From positions 413 through 64,412 of IMG/VR virus record IMGVR_UViG_3300045976_000031: a stretch of 64,000 nucleotides of DNA, one strand, 5' to 3'. The notes beneath the pieces are model-generated. The model was not told where the DNA came from. It did no database searches and saw only the letters and a list, made by a program, of their open reading frames with translations. This stretch comes from a virus. Taxonomy: Duplodnaviria > Caudoviricetes. Positions 1 to 8,306 of the stretch are shown here, piece by piece. Position numbers and translations under genes: made by a program. Position 1 is the stretch's first letter, and the number at the start of each line of letters is the position of its first letter.

Positions 1-42
1 GCACGGCGGCCGGGTCATGAGGTGAAGCGGGGAAGGGTCGAT

Positions 43-264
43 CTAGTATCGCTTTTTGAAGCGGGCCTGTTGCTCTTGGTATGCGTGGAACTCGGCGCGC
101 GCTTCCGCAGTGGGGCGCACTGCCCAAGCCACGATCCCGGCAATGATGCAGGTTGTCAGCGCTGCATCTTTGTCGCCGATCCCGCATTGCACCAGGGCGA
201 CGCACCCGCCAACGAATGCGGCCAGCAGTTCAGCCACCATGCGCAGGACAGTACCGGCAATCAT
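43..264 (-). CDS. small membrane protein, hypothetical
   Basis: 73 aa ORF with two hydrophobic segments; ATGA overlap with the upstream ORF. Confidence 0.6.
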   Translation of the reverse strand: MIAGTVLRMVAELLAAFVGGCVALVQCGIGDKDAALTTCIIAGIVAWAVRPTAEARAEFHAYQEQQARFKKRY

Positions 265-578
265 GCGTGCCCCCTACCGAACACGAACGCGCGGCGCGGC
301 GCTGCTGCTGGCGCACTGGCCGGCGTGCTGCTGGTCGTGGTGATGCCGCGCGACAGGTAGACATAAAACGCGGCGGCCAGCGTGAGGCGGCAGGAAATGC
401 CCTTACGCCATGAAACGGCTTTTGCCATGTCTTCCAGGCGCGCGCGCTGGTCGCGGGTCAGTTCCTCATGCGACAGGCCGAAGCGCACGCCGTGCGCCGT
501 GGTCAGGTGCGCGCGCATAGCGATGCGTCGCGGTTCGCCGGTAATCGTGCGGAAGTGTTTGAAGTCGGTTTTGCACAT
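261..578 (-). CDS. hypothetical protein (MCKTDFKHF...)
   Basis: start re-assigned to the ATG at 578, behind AGGGA and just after the stop of 584..1321. Confidence 0.6.
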   Translation of the reverse strand: MCKTDFKHFRTITGEPRRIAMRAHLTTAHGVRFGLSHEELTRDQRARLEDMAKAVSWRKGISCRLTLAAAFYVYLSRGITTTSSTPASAPAAAPRRAFVFGRGHA

Positions 579-583
579 GGTCG

Positions 584-1321
584 TTAGTTCCCTTCGTTCG
601 ATTCCAGGCCGGCGCACGCGCGGGCCGATTCGGTCATGTTGTATTCGTCCAGGTCGAAAGAGCCGGCCAGCTTTGCCGCCGTCGTGAGTTCGTCGCCGAT
701 CTTGCCCAAGCCACGATCCCAAAAGCCTGCGCCGTGTCCGTTGCGGGTCAACCAAAAGTCATGACCAGCGCGCGCGGCCGGCGCGTGTTCGTCGCCCATC
801 TTCGACAGGTAGACATCATAGGCCCGGCGCAGCAATGCCCGGTTCGTGTGCTGGAAGTCGCGGCAGTCCGAAACCATGCTGGCGCGCGTGTCGGCGTCCA
901 GGTCGTCACGGTCGAAGTATTCATCCAATGCCGTGCCGTTGCTTGCGGTCGTGGACCACAGCGCCGCATCAATGTATGCGGTTGCGAACGCGTCCAACTT
1001 GGCATGAGGTGCGTACACGTCGCACCCGGCGAAAGCGGAAACGCGGGCCGGCAGGTGCGAGCGGTCGAAGGCCCAATCCACCGCATGCGAGTGCGACACG
1101 AAAACGGTTTTGCCGATGTAGCCGTTACCGTAATAAACCGTCACATTGCCGCCGCCGTCCAGGATTGCGGGCGCGGCCTGCATGCCGCATGCGGGCATGT
1201 TCGCCGGCAGTACGGCAATGCGACGCACGCCGCCATACGATCCAGCGCCGCGCAGGATTGCGCGCAGGTTGTGAGACTGTGCAACGGCTTTGCCGTCATT
1301 GTTGTAAATGGTCGAAGTCAT
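584..1321 (-). CDS. two-domain hypothetical protein with C-terminal GHDFWLTRNGHGAGFWD motif
   Basis: 245 aa ORF with AGGGG RBS; aromatic-rich motif of unknown function. Confidence 0.7.
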   Translation of the reverse strand: MTSTIYNNDGKAVAQSHNLRAILRGAGSYGGVRRIAVLPANMPACGMQAAPAILDGGGNVTVYYGNGYIGKTVFVSHSHAVDWAFDRSHLPARVSAFAGCDVYAPHAKLDAFATAYIDAALWSTTASNGTALDEYFDRDDLDADTRASMVSDCRDFQHTNRALLRRAYDVYLSKMGDEHAPAARAGHDFWLTRNGHGAGFWDRGLGKIGDELTTAAKLAGSFDLDEYNMTESARACAGLESNEGN

Positions 1322-1335
1322 GATTGCCCCTAAAT

Positions 1336-1350
1336 CGTTTATACCGTTTA
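1336..1350. repeat. TAAACGGTATAAACG intergenic repeat, inverted copy
   Basis: CGTTTATACCGTTTA is the reverse complement of the copies at 2067 and 2716. Confidence 0.85.
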
Positions 1351-2037
1351 TTCAATATCGCTGTATTCGTCGTCGCGGCGTGCGCGCAAGGTGCGCAGCG
1401 TATCGACGGCGGCGGCCAGTTCACGGCGTGCGCGTGCATGGTGGCGCATGGGGAAGAGTTCGCGCACGTCCGTTTCACGCTGCGCTATTTCGTCGTCCAG
1501 GTCGTGCGCGGCCTGATAGCGTTCGCTGTACTCTTTCTCATCTTCGGCAATGCGGCGTGCTTCGTCGTCCGCTTCCTGCGCGGCCTCTTCGATGCTATCG
1601 AACACGCGGGCAAGGTACACGCGTTCGCCGTTTTCGCTGCTGTAGTAACCCGCCATCCAACGATCATGCGGCAGGCGCGCCACGATCCCGCAGACAGTCG
1701 CCGAGCAATCCGCATCCGCATACCATCCGCTATGCCGGATGTTCAGTTCGCGCACGTCGTGGATTTTCTCTTCGTTGCGGAAACGCGGGCCGGCGAACGT
1801 TGACCAGATCGGGCGGCGCTTTTCCGTGTTGCCGATGTATTCGACGTTGTACCCTTCGCACAAGTCGAGCGTGCGAGTGTTGAACCCGAATTCACGAGCC
1901 GCGCGCCAGTCCGCAAAGCGCTTGGACGGCGGCAAATTCACGTCGGGCGCATTGGAGTGCGCAGCGATGCCGCGCAAGATGGTCAGGCGGGCCAGCGCGC
2001 CGCCGCGTGCGTTCAGGTTCAGATAAGCGGAAGTCAT
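1348..2037 (-). CDS. hypothetical protein
   Basis: 229 aa ORF with AGGAG RBS and helical C-terminus. Confidence 0.7.
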   Translation of the reverse strand: MTSAYLNLNARGGALARLTILRGIAAHSNAPDVNLPPSKRFADWRAAREFGFNTRTLDLCEGYNVEYIGNTEKRRPIWSTFAGPRFRNEEKIHDVRELNIRHSGWYADADCSATVCGIVARLPHDRWMAGYYSSENGERVYLARVFDSIEEAAQEADDEARRIAEDEKEYSERYQAAHDLDDEIAQRETDVRELFPMRHHARARRELAAAVDTLRTLRARRDDEYSDIE

Positions 2038-2042
2038 GTTTT

Positions 2043-2081
2043 TTGCTCCTATCGGTAGGATTGTTTTAAACGGTATAAACG
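2043..2081. repeat. ~40-bp intergenic repeat (RBS hairpin + TAAACGGTATAAACG)
   Basis: TTGCTCCTAT...AGGATTGTTTTAAACGGTATAAACG, near-identical to 2691..2730. Confidence 0.85.
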
Positions 2082-2084
2082 GTT

Positions 2085-2684
2085 TTACAGATCGCGTTTG
2101 CGCTGCACTTCGGTATGGTCGTATTCAATGCCGCACGTCTCGCGGAAATAGATAGTCGGGTGCCCGTTGTCGTGCGCCGGGAACAGGTCAGGCCGTTGAG
2201 CGTGCATTGCGTCGCGCATCGCATACGACCATGCGTCACTGCCCCACGTCGTACCGGACACGCCCACCAGCTTTTTACCGCTCGACACTTCGACCAGTTC
2301 GCCGACGAATTCGCCGCCGTTCTTCCCGTACCATGTGCGCGCCGTGATGCGGTATTTAGGCCCGAGTGATGCAGCGTAAGCGGCGGCCACTTCGCGCGGC
2401 ACTTCGACGAACGCATACGAACCATCGGGCAAAGCGCCGCCAATCATCGGCCCGTAATAGTCGCGGTTGTCCCATCCGAATTTCTTTGCCAGCGCAGCAG
2501 CGGCGGCGGCGTGCCGTTCTTCCGGCGTGCTGCCGGCTTCGTCATAGCCGATGGTGACGCTACCGGCTTGCGCCGTGGCTTTGATGCGAGCGCCGCGCGA
2601 ATTCGTCGCCGGGAAAACTTGGGTGCGGATCGCTTGACGCATGAATTTCTGTTCGATGGCTTGCGGCGCTTTTGCTTTGGTCAT
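2085..2684 (-). CDS. hypothetical protein, probably two fused domains
   Basis: 199 aa ORF with AGGAG RBS. Confidence 0.7.
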   Translation of the reverse strand: MTKAKAPQAIEQKFMRQAIRTQVFPATNSRGARIKATAQAGSVTIGYDEAGSTPEERHAAAAAALAKKFGWDNRDYYGPMIGGALPDGSYAFVEVPREVAAAYAASLGPKYRITARTWYGKNGGEFVGELVEVSSGKKLVGVSGTTWGSDAWSYAMRDAMHAQRPDLFPAHDNGHPTIYFRETCGIEYDHTEVQRKRDL

Positions 2685-2690
2685 GGTGAT

Positions 2691-2730
2691 TTGCTCCTAT
2701 TCATGAGGATTGTTTTAAACGGTATAAACG
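2691..2730. repeat. ~40-bp intergenic repeat (RBS + TAAACGGTATAAACG)
   Basis: direct repeat of 2043..2081. Confidence 0.85.
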
Positions 2731-2731
2731 A

Positions 2732-3295
2732 TTAGCGGGCGGCCGGCATGAGTGCGATGCAGGCCGGGCAGGTAACGGCGGCGGCATCCTTCGTGCACTT
2801 CGCATGAAACGAACCATTGCCGCAAATCGGCGTGGTGCGGTCGTCCAGGATCGACGGATGCACGCCACGGCGGCGCGCCAGTTCGTCACGCGTCAGGCCG
2901 TAATGCGTCGCACCTTCGACCGGCGCGCCGTACAGGCGGTAATGCGAACTGCCGTTGTACGTTTTGAGATGTTCGGCCGGCGTGGTGTATGCGAACTTTT
3001 CGCCGCCAACTGCCCACGATGGCGCGCCGGCCGTGATGTATGCGCGGGCCTGTTCTTCCGTGACGCCGGTTTGCTCTTTTGCGATGCCCCAGCCCGTACC
3101 GATGCGGCGGCCACCTTCGGAAGTCAGCGCGCGATAGTTGCCGCTGAAGTCAACAGAGAAATTCCAGTGTCCACCGAACGAAACAACCCGGTTGCCGTCC
3201 GTGTAGAAACCATAGTCACCACTGCCGGCGATGTAGACCTGATAGCCGTACGAATGCAGGGCGGCGGCGAGTTCTGCGATTAACTGTTTTTTCAT
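2732..3295 (-). CDS. hypothetical protein with C-terminal Cys/His cluster
   Basis: 187 aa ORF with AAGGA RBS; ends ...VTCPAC. Confidence 0.7.
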   Translation of the reverse strand: MKKQLIAELAAALHSYGYQVYIAGSGDYGFYTDGNRVVSFGGHWNFSVDFSGNYRALTSEGGRRIGTGWGIAKEQTGVTEEQARAYITAGAPSWAVGGEKFAYTTPAEHLKTYNGSSHYRLYGAPVEGATHYGLTRDELARRRGVHPSILDDRTTPICGNGSFHAKCTKDAAAVTCPACIALMPAAR

Positions 3296-3308
3296 GATGA
3301 TTCGATCC

Positions 3309-3419
3309 TTAGAAAGATTGGATGAGGTTGACCAGGGCGACGCCGGCCACAGTCAGCGCCGCACCGATGAACGGCACGGCGAGAACGTCAGCGATACGGA
3401 AAATAACGGCGTCAGACAT
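3309..3419 (-). CDS. 36-aa single-TM membrane peptide (MSDAVIFRIADVLAVPFIGAALTVAGVALVNLIQSF)
   Basis: translated by hand, below the ORF-track cutoff; AAGGGG RBS; first ORF after the 3466..3495 promoter. Confidence 0.6.
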   Translation of the reverse strand: MSDAVIFRIADVLAVPFIGAALTVAGVALVNLIQSF

Positions 3420-3465
3420 GGCAACCCCTTGTCACTGCCGCGCACCATTGCGCGACAGAGATTGC

Positions 3466-3495
3466 ATTTTAAGTGACAAGGTTTTTCCCTGTCAA
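3466..3495 (-). promoter_or_regulatory. sigma70 promoter TTGACA-N18-TAAAAT containing the 21-bp palindrome
   Basis: consensus -35; TGACAAGG-TTTTT-CCCTGTCA at 3474..3494. Confidence 0.8.
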
Positions 3496-3517
3496 CTCGT
3501 TTGCATGAGGTTGTGTC

Positions 3518-3859
3518 TCAACCGATCCAGAACGCGCGGCGCGGCTGTCCGTATTCTTCGCGTTCCATCGTGCCCGACTTCCAGCGCGTGCGCCGTTCGC
3601 CGACGTGTTCAACGATGCGCAGCACGCACCCGCGCGCCGCCAGCGATGCCCGGAACGCGTCAGTAACGAACCGTTCAGCGCCGCCGCGCGAGACTTGGAC
3701 AGGCCCGGAAAACCCGCCCGGTATGTACTGTTCGCCGCCAGCTAACGGCGCATCCATGCGGACATGCAGATAGAACGAAGAGTTAGCCGGCGCGCGACGG
3801 ATCAGCGCCGCCGCCTCTTCCGCGTTCTTCGTCTCGTGTTCGATGCGCTGGCCGCTCAT
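3518..3859 (-). CDS. hypothetical protein (MSGQRIEH...)
   Basis: GAGG RBS; ATGA overlap with 3856..5217. Confidence 0.65.
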   Translation of the reverse strand: MSGQRIEHETKNAEEAAALIRRAPANSSFYLHVRMDAPLAGGEQYIPGGFSGPVQVSRGGAERFVTDAFRASLAARGCVLRIVEHVGERRTRWKSGTMEREEYGQPRRAFWIG

Positions 3860-5217
3860 GCTTGCACCTCTTCGGCGTCGCACGGCTCGACATTCAGCGC
3901 ACCGCACGCGGGGCAGTCGTCGCGGGCCGCTTCGGAATATGCGCCGGTCCATTCATGCTCACACATCGGACATTGGTACACGCTGCGCACCTCTGGCGCG
4001 TTCTGGCGGCAGTCGTCGCACATGGTTTGCCCTGCATGCAGGCAAGCGCCGCAACCGGGGCAGGGATCGCCGATAACGCACGATGCGCACAAAGCCGGGT
4101 CAACGTGCACCACGTCGGGCGGCGGCGGCAATGCTTCGACGTGTTCAACCTCTTCCAGCACGACGGCCGGAACGGTCGACAGGCGACGGGCGCGCAGCGA
4201 TGCGGCCACGCGTTCCAGCACGGACGCGTTAGGCTCTTGCGGCAGTTCCAGCACAGAGGCGACATGCAGCGGCGCGGCCGGCTTCGACAGGTCCACGCGC
4301 GGCGCGACCAGGGCGGCGGCATTGTCGGCGCGTTCCTGTTCGGCGACCAGGGCGCGCGCGTTCGCTTCGTCGCGCAGGTTTTGCAGGAACCCGGACCAGT
4401 GCAGGAACAGGCGCGTTTCGCTGGTCTGCTGAACCGCCAGCGTATGCGAACGCGGGCCGCACCACATGACGTAACGCGCGCCGGCCGCCGTGCCGTCACC
4501 CGTAACAGTCAGGGCCGCGCCGATCTCTGCGCCCGGCAACATTGCGACCAGGGCGGCCACGTTTGCGCGGGCAATGTTCGCGAGATCGCGAGCGGCAAAG
4601 CGCACGCCGTCCGATTCCGTGATGCTTTCGCCGGCTAAGATGTCGTCACACTCTTCCGGGCACGGAATGCGCCGGTTGTTCAGTTGCGCCGGCAGGGACA
4701 TAACGAAACGGCCGTCCACGCTGTAACCGATGTGCTTACCCTTGCCGTACGATGCGACGGCGCGCACGCCGGCAAACTGCGCTTTGTGGTCCGCATACGT
4801 GCCGCTAACCTCTTCGGCATCCATGCGCATTTGATAGATTGCATCTTCCATTGCGTGCACCTGTTTGTCGTAGCTGGTAGGGTCCAGGGCGACCCATTCA
4901 TAGAATTCCGCTTTGGTGAAGTCGCGACCCTCACGGCCGATCATGTCCAGCATTTCGGCATGCTTCGCGCGCTGGAAAACCTTGTGCATCTGGTCCGGTG
5001 TGATGGTCATTGCGGCCACTTCGGTGCAATGCCAATAGAACGCGTCCGCTTCAATGTCGGCGACTTCGGACGGCGTGTACACGCTATCGAACATGCCGGC
5101 GACATGGTGACGTGCGGCCAGAATCCAGACACGGCGCGAGCGGTTGTAAGTGAAGGTCAGGCCGTGGTCCGCTGCGATTTTCTTAGCCGTGTCCGTGTTG
5201 TTCAAAGTGCGTTTCAT
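3856..5217 (-). CDS. multidomain hypothetical protein with C-terminal CxxC zinc-ribbon array
   Basis: 453 aa from the ATG at 5217 (AAGGGG RBS); several CxxC pairs at the C-terminus. Confidence 0.75.
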   Translation of the reverse strand: MKRTLNNTDTAKKIAADHGLTFTYNRSRRVWILAARHHVAGMFDSVYTPSEVADIEADAFYWHCTEVAAMTITPDQMHKVFQRAKHAEMLDMIGREGRDFTKAEFYEWVALDPTSYDKQVHAMEDAIYQMRMDAEEVSGTYADHKAQFAGVRAVASYGKGKHIGYSVDGRFVMSLPAQLNNRRIPCPEECDDILAGESITESDGVRFAARDLANIARANVAALVAMLPGAEIGAALTVTGDGTAAGARYVMWCGPRSHTLAVQQTSETRLFLHWSGFLQNLRDEANARALVAEQERADNAAALVAPRVDLSKPAAPLHVASVLELPQEPNASVLERVAASLRARRLSTVPAVVLEEVEHVEALPPPPDVVHVDPALCASCVIGDPCPGCGACLHAGQTMCDDCRQNAPEVRSVYQCPMCEHEWTGAYSEAARDDCPACGALNVEPCDAEEVQA

Positions 5218-5273
5218 GTGTTGCCCCTTTTCGGTTGTTTGATTGCCGGGCGCAATTTGCCCGACTGACTGCA

Positions 5274-5302
5274 ATTCTAATGACAAGGTTTTTCCCTGTC
5301 AA
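5274..5302 (-). promoter_or_regulatory. sigma70 promoter TTGACA-N17-TAGAAT containing the 21-bp palindrome
   Basis: TGACAAGG-TTTTT-CCCTGTCA at 5281..5301. Confidence 0.85.
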
Positions 5303-5361
5303 ACGGTTTGCATCATGCCGGGCTAACGACACGTTGCGCCCTTGTCACATCGTTTGCAGGT

Positions 5362-5488
5362 GCGCCGACTTCCCGACAGGGTGCGACCGTGCCGCGCCGC
5401 TTACCAGGGCGACCAGGGCGCGCCGACTTCCCGACAGGGTGCGACCGTGCCGCGACGCCGGCAGGCGGTCCACCAGGGCGACCAGGGC
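5362..5488. repeat. interleaved direct repeats (35 bp x2; ACCAGGGCGACCAGGGC x2)
   Basis: GCGCCGACTTCCCGACAGGGTGCGACCGTGCCGCG at 5362 and 5420; 17-mer at 5403 and 5472. Confidence 0.9.
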
Positions 5489-5850
5489 CACGCCGGCAGG
5501 CCGGCCACCGGCAAACCGAACGCGCCGCCGCTATTCCGCACCATGCACCGAATAAATGCCCCGTCGATCGGCAACCAGGTCTAAATTTTCCACGGTCCAC
5601 CAGGAAGGCCCGCCAAATTTCCTGCGTTTTCGGGAAAATCCGTCGACCGGGCCAGCGCCAGCGCCCAAAAGGTCGCACCCATTTCATCGGAACGCGACGC
5701 GACGCAGGCCAGGATTAGCACTCGTCCCGCCTTACTTGAAAGGTCCATCCGGTTCCAAAATTTTGATTTCGTTTTTCCGATTTTGCCCTGGCGCTTACTT
5801 GGGAAGTCCAGCCGGTTCCGGTGCGCGGCGGCGCGTTACGCATTTTGTTG

Positions 5851-5880
5851 TTGACAGGGTTTTACCTTGTCATCCATAAT
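5851..5880 (+). promoter_or_regulatory. sigma70 promoter TTGACA-N18-CATAAT containing the 21-bp palindrome
   Basis: TGACAGGG-TTTTA-CCTTGTCA at 5852..5872; heads the + strand early operon. Confidence 0.85.
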
Positions 5881-5913
5881 CGGCCGGACTCTTCAATGAA
5901 TAGGACCACGACC

Positions 5914-6144
5914 ATGAACGACAAGCGCCGCAAAGAGATCAAGTCGATCCGGGATAAACTCGGTGAACTGCTGTCCCGCCTTGAAACCCTGCGGGACGAC
6001 GAACAGGCCGCGTTCGATGCGATTCCTGAGAACCTGGCAGGCTCGCAGCGGTACGAGGCAGCAGAGGAAGCGACGACCAACCTGGACGACGCATGCGACA
6101 ACCTGGAAACCGTGCTCGAACACCTGGACGAAGCGGTCAAGTAA
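5914..6144 (+). CDS. acidic coiled-coil hypothetical protein
   Basis: MNDKRRKEI..., AGGA RBS, first gene after the promoter. Confidence 0.7.
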   Translation: MNDKRRKEIKSIRDKLGELLSRLETLRDDEQAAFDAIPENLAGSQRYEAAEEATTNLDDACDNLETVLEHLDEAVK

Positions 6145-6165
6145 ATCACTCAACAAGGAAATACC

Positions 6166-6519
6166 ATGTCAAAGAATCAGCAGTCAGTTTTGCAGGCCGC
6201 ACTCGTCGGCTCGATGGCACCGGAAGGCGATGTCGCGGTTCCCGCGCGTGCGCGCTCGGCCAGCTTCGCGTCGATGGTGGCGGACCTGAACGTCGGCGAC
6301 CAGCCGGCCGCGCGTGTCCAGCAGATCGACCCGTCCACGCCCATCGGCGACGCCATCGCCAGCGTGTCGGAGATGTCGGAGAAGCTGCGCAACAGCGTGC
6401 AGTCGTCGGTGTCCCAGGCGAAGCGCCGCCTGCCCGGTAGCGACTACAGCATCGAGATCACCGACATCAAAACCAAGTCCGGCATGTACCTGCTGGCGCT
6501 CGTCCACCGCACCGCATAA
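6166..6519 (+). CDS. hypothetical protein
   Basis: 117 aa with AAGGA RBS. Confidence 0.75.
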   Translation: MSKNQQSVLQAALVGSMAPEGDVAVPARARSASFASMVADLNVGDQPAARVQQIDPSTPIGDAIASVSEMSEKLRNSVQSSVSQAKRRLPGSDYSIEITDIKTKSGMYLLALVHRTA

Positions 6520-6529
6520 GGGGAACATC

Positions 6530-6706
6530 ATGCGTATCCGCCGCATCACCGTCATCGTAGTGACCATGCTCGTCACGTTGGCCCTCTTTCTGGCGTTCGA
6601 CGCCTGGTGGCGTGCCGGCGAAACGAACTACTGGAAAATGATCTACCTGATCGTCGGCTGCACGCTGCGCAAAATCTTCGGCGGTCCCATCTGTCTTTTC
6701 ATCTAG
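6530..6706 (+). CDS. small membrane protein
   Basis: MRIRRITVIVVTMLVTLALFLAF..., AAGGGG RBS. Confidence 0.65.
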   Translation: MRIRRITVIVVTMLVTLALFLAFDAWWRAGETNYWKMIYLIVGCTLRKIFGGPICLFI

Positions 6707-6716
6707 GAGAATCAAC

Positions 6717-7073
6717 GTGGCAAACGATCCGTTCTACAACACCGGCCTCGGCAAGCCCTGGTCCGAACTGACGCCGGCCGAGCGCAAGCACGTCCTGTCC
6801 AACACGAACGCCTCGTACGGCAAGATGGGATCGCGCCCGTCGACGCTGTACCTGGAAGAAGCGAGCGATCTGCGGCGCTTCACGGTGATCCGCCCGGCCG
6901 CCAGCGGCAAGACGCAACCCGTCGACCAGGCTGCGCTCGAAAAGCTGCGTGACTACCTCATGCACGACCTGATCGGCGCGGGCGTGCTGCGCACCGACAC
7001 GCTGCCGCCGCAGTCGCCGATTGCAATCCAGGTAAGCGCCGCGTGCGCACAGTGGGCGCGCCGTGTCGGCTGA
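6717..7073 (+). CDS. hypothetical protein
   Basis: 118 aa, AGGAG RBS, GTG start. Confidence 0.65.
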   Translation: MANDPFYNTGLGKPWSELTPAERKHVLSNTNASYGKMGSRPSTLYLEEASDLRRFTVIRPAASGKTQPVDQAALEKLRDYLMHDLIGAGVLRTDTLPPQSPIAIQVSAACAQWARRVG

Positions 7074-7314
7074 TCTCAGCCCGTCGCAATCGAGCCTGCT
7101 GGTGGCGATGCGGCACGGCGTGAAGGTGGTGATGACGTTCGGTGAGAAGCGGGACCGCGCGTCACTCGCCAGGCCAGGATTCCCGGCCGTCACGCACTCC
7201 GTGCTGGCGCTGGAACGGGCCGGGTGGGTCGAGCGCTTCAACGTGACGGCGAAGGGTTGCGAGTTCCGCATTACCGATAAAACGAAGGACTTCTACAAGA
7301 GGATGCTGCGATGA
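7063..7314 (+). CDS. hypothetical protein, possible winged helix
   Basis: 83 aa; LSPSQ..LL..M and ALERAGWVER pattern. Confidence 0.5.
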   Translation: MSADLSPSQSSLLVAMRHGVKVVMTFGEKRDRASLARPGFPAVTHSVLALERAGWVERFNVTAKGCEFRITDKTKDFYKRMLR

Positions 7315-7526
7315 CAAAGGAAGAACTGAAACGGCAGATCGTCGAGGCGCGCGCGCAGCGTGCCGGCCTGGCCCTGAAGGTGGCCGAACTGACGCAAGAG
7401 CGTGCACAGCAGATCACCGACCTGGCGATGACCGACCTGAAAATCGGCCAGTTGGCGATGGTGGGCGCGGACATGGACGTGAACATCGCGAAGCTGATTC
7501 GCAGCTACCACGAGGCGGACCTGTAA
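7311..7526 (+). CDS. coiled-coil hypothetical protein
   Basis: 71 aa with ATGA overlap. Confidence 0.65.
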   Translation: MTKEELKRQIVEARAQRAGLALKVAELTQERAQQITDLAMTDLKIGQLAMVGADMDVNIAKLIRSYHEADL

Positions 7527-7765
7527 TGCTGAACGATGGACTGATAAGGCATCACGTTGACACCGTGACCGGCCTGGAAAGAACGGTAATCCGCTTCCTG
7601 CGCCTGCGCTCGACCGGCCAGGCGAAGCCCACCGAACAGTGCGAGATCGACGCGTGCGAATCGCTGGTGGCGAAAGGCGTGTGCGTGAAGGTCGACGCTC
7701 GCACGTACGAACTGTCCGACGTGGCGAAGCGACACCTGGACGAAGGGATGAAGAATGCTGAATGA
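7526..7765 (+). CDS. hypothetical protein, possible winged helix
   Basis: 79 aa with TAATG coupling; SLVAKG...YELSD. Confidence 0.55.
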   Translation: MLNDGLIRHHVDTVTGLERTVIRFLRLRSTGQAKPTEQCEIDACESLVAKGVCVKVDARTYELSDVAKRHLDEGMKNAE

Positions 7766-8306
7766 CGACTACCGCCGCGTGGCCGTATCCACGGACCTCG
7801 CGAAAGAGAACACCAGCCAGGCCGCACCGCACGCCATCGTGCACGCGCTCTGGTACGTGAACGACGGGCGCTGGCCGACCGACACGACGATGTGCGGCCA
7901 CGTCGAAAGCCTGGACGTGACGCACCTGCCGAAGCACCGGATCGTGTCGTGCCCGGATTGCCTGAAGGCGCTGAAGCGCGAGCGCCAGCGTCGCAGCGCC
8001 GAGGCACTGTCGCGGCAGCAGGAACGCCGCAGCGACGAGATCGAGGCCGCCGTGCGCCAGGCCCGCAACCCTGACGCCGATCTCGTGGAATACATGCAGC
8101 AGCGCGCGACCGAACTGCGGGATCGCGGATACGACGGGATCGCAACCGACCTGGAAATCGTTGCCGGCCGTCTCGCGGATCACGAGACGATCCCCCACGA
8201 TACCAGTGTGCTCCAAGCCCGCGACGCCGCATTGATCTACACCGGACCTGAGCGCCGCCTGCGCCCGCGTCACATCAACCACACCACCGAAGGAGAAAAC
8301 CTGTGA
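7755..8306 (+). CDS. hypothetical protein with CxxC motif
   Basis: 183 aa in a coupled operon. Confidence 0.65.
   Translation: MLNDDYRRVAVSTDLAKENTSQAAPHAIVHALWYVNDGRWPTDTTMCGHVESLDVTHLPKHRIVSCPDCLKALKRERQRRSAEALSRQQERRSDEIEAAVRQARNPDADLVEYMQQRATELRDRGYDGIATDLEIVAGRLADHETIPHDTSVLQARDAALIYTGPERRLRPRHINHTTEGENL

Noticed and set aside
5362-5488. Possible mini-CRISPR array (35-bp repeats; a Cas4-like gene is present in the genome)
   Set aside because: Only two repeats, and the 23-nt intervening sequence is itself repetitive; DUF2800 is a standard replication-module nuclease.
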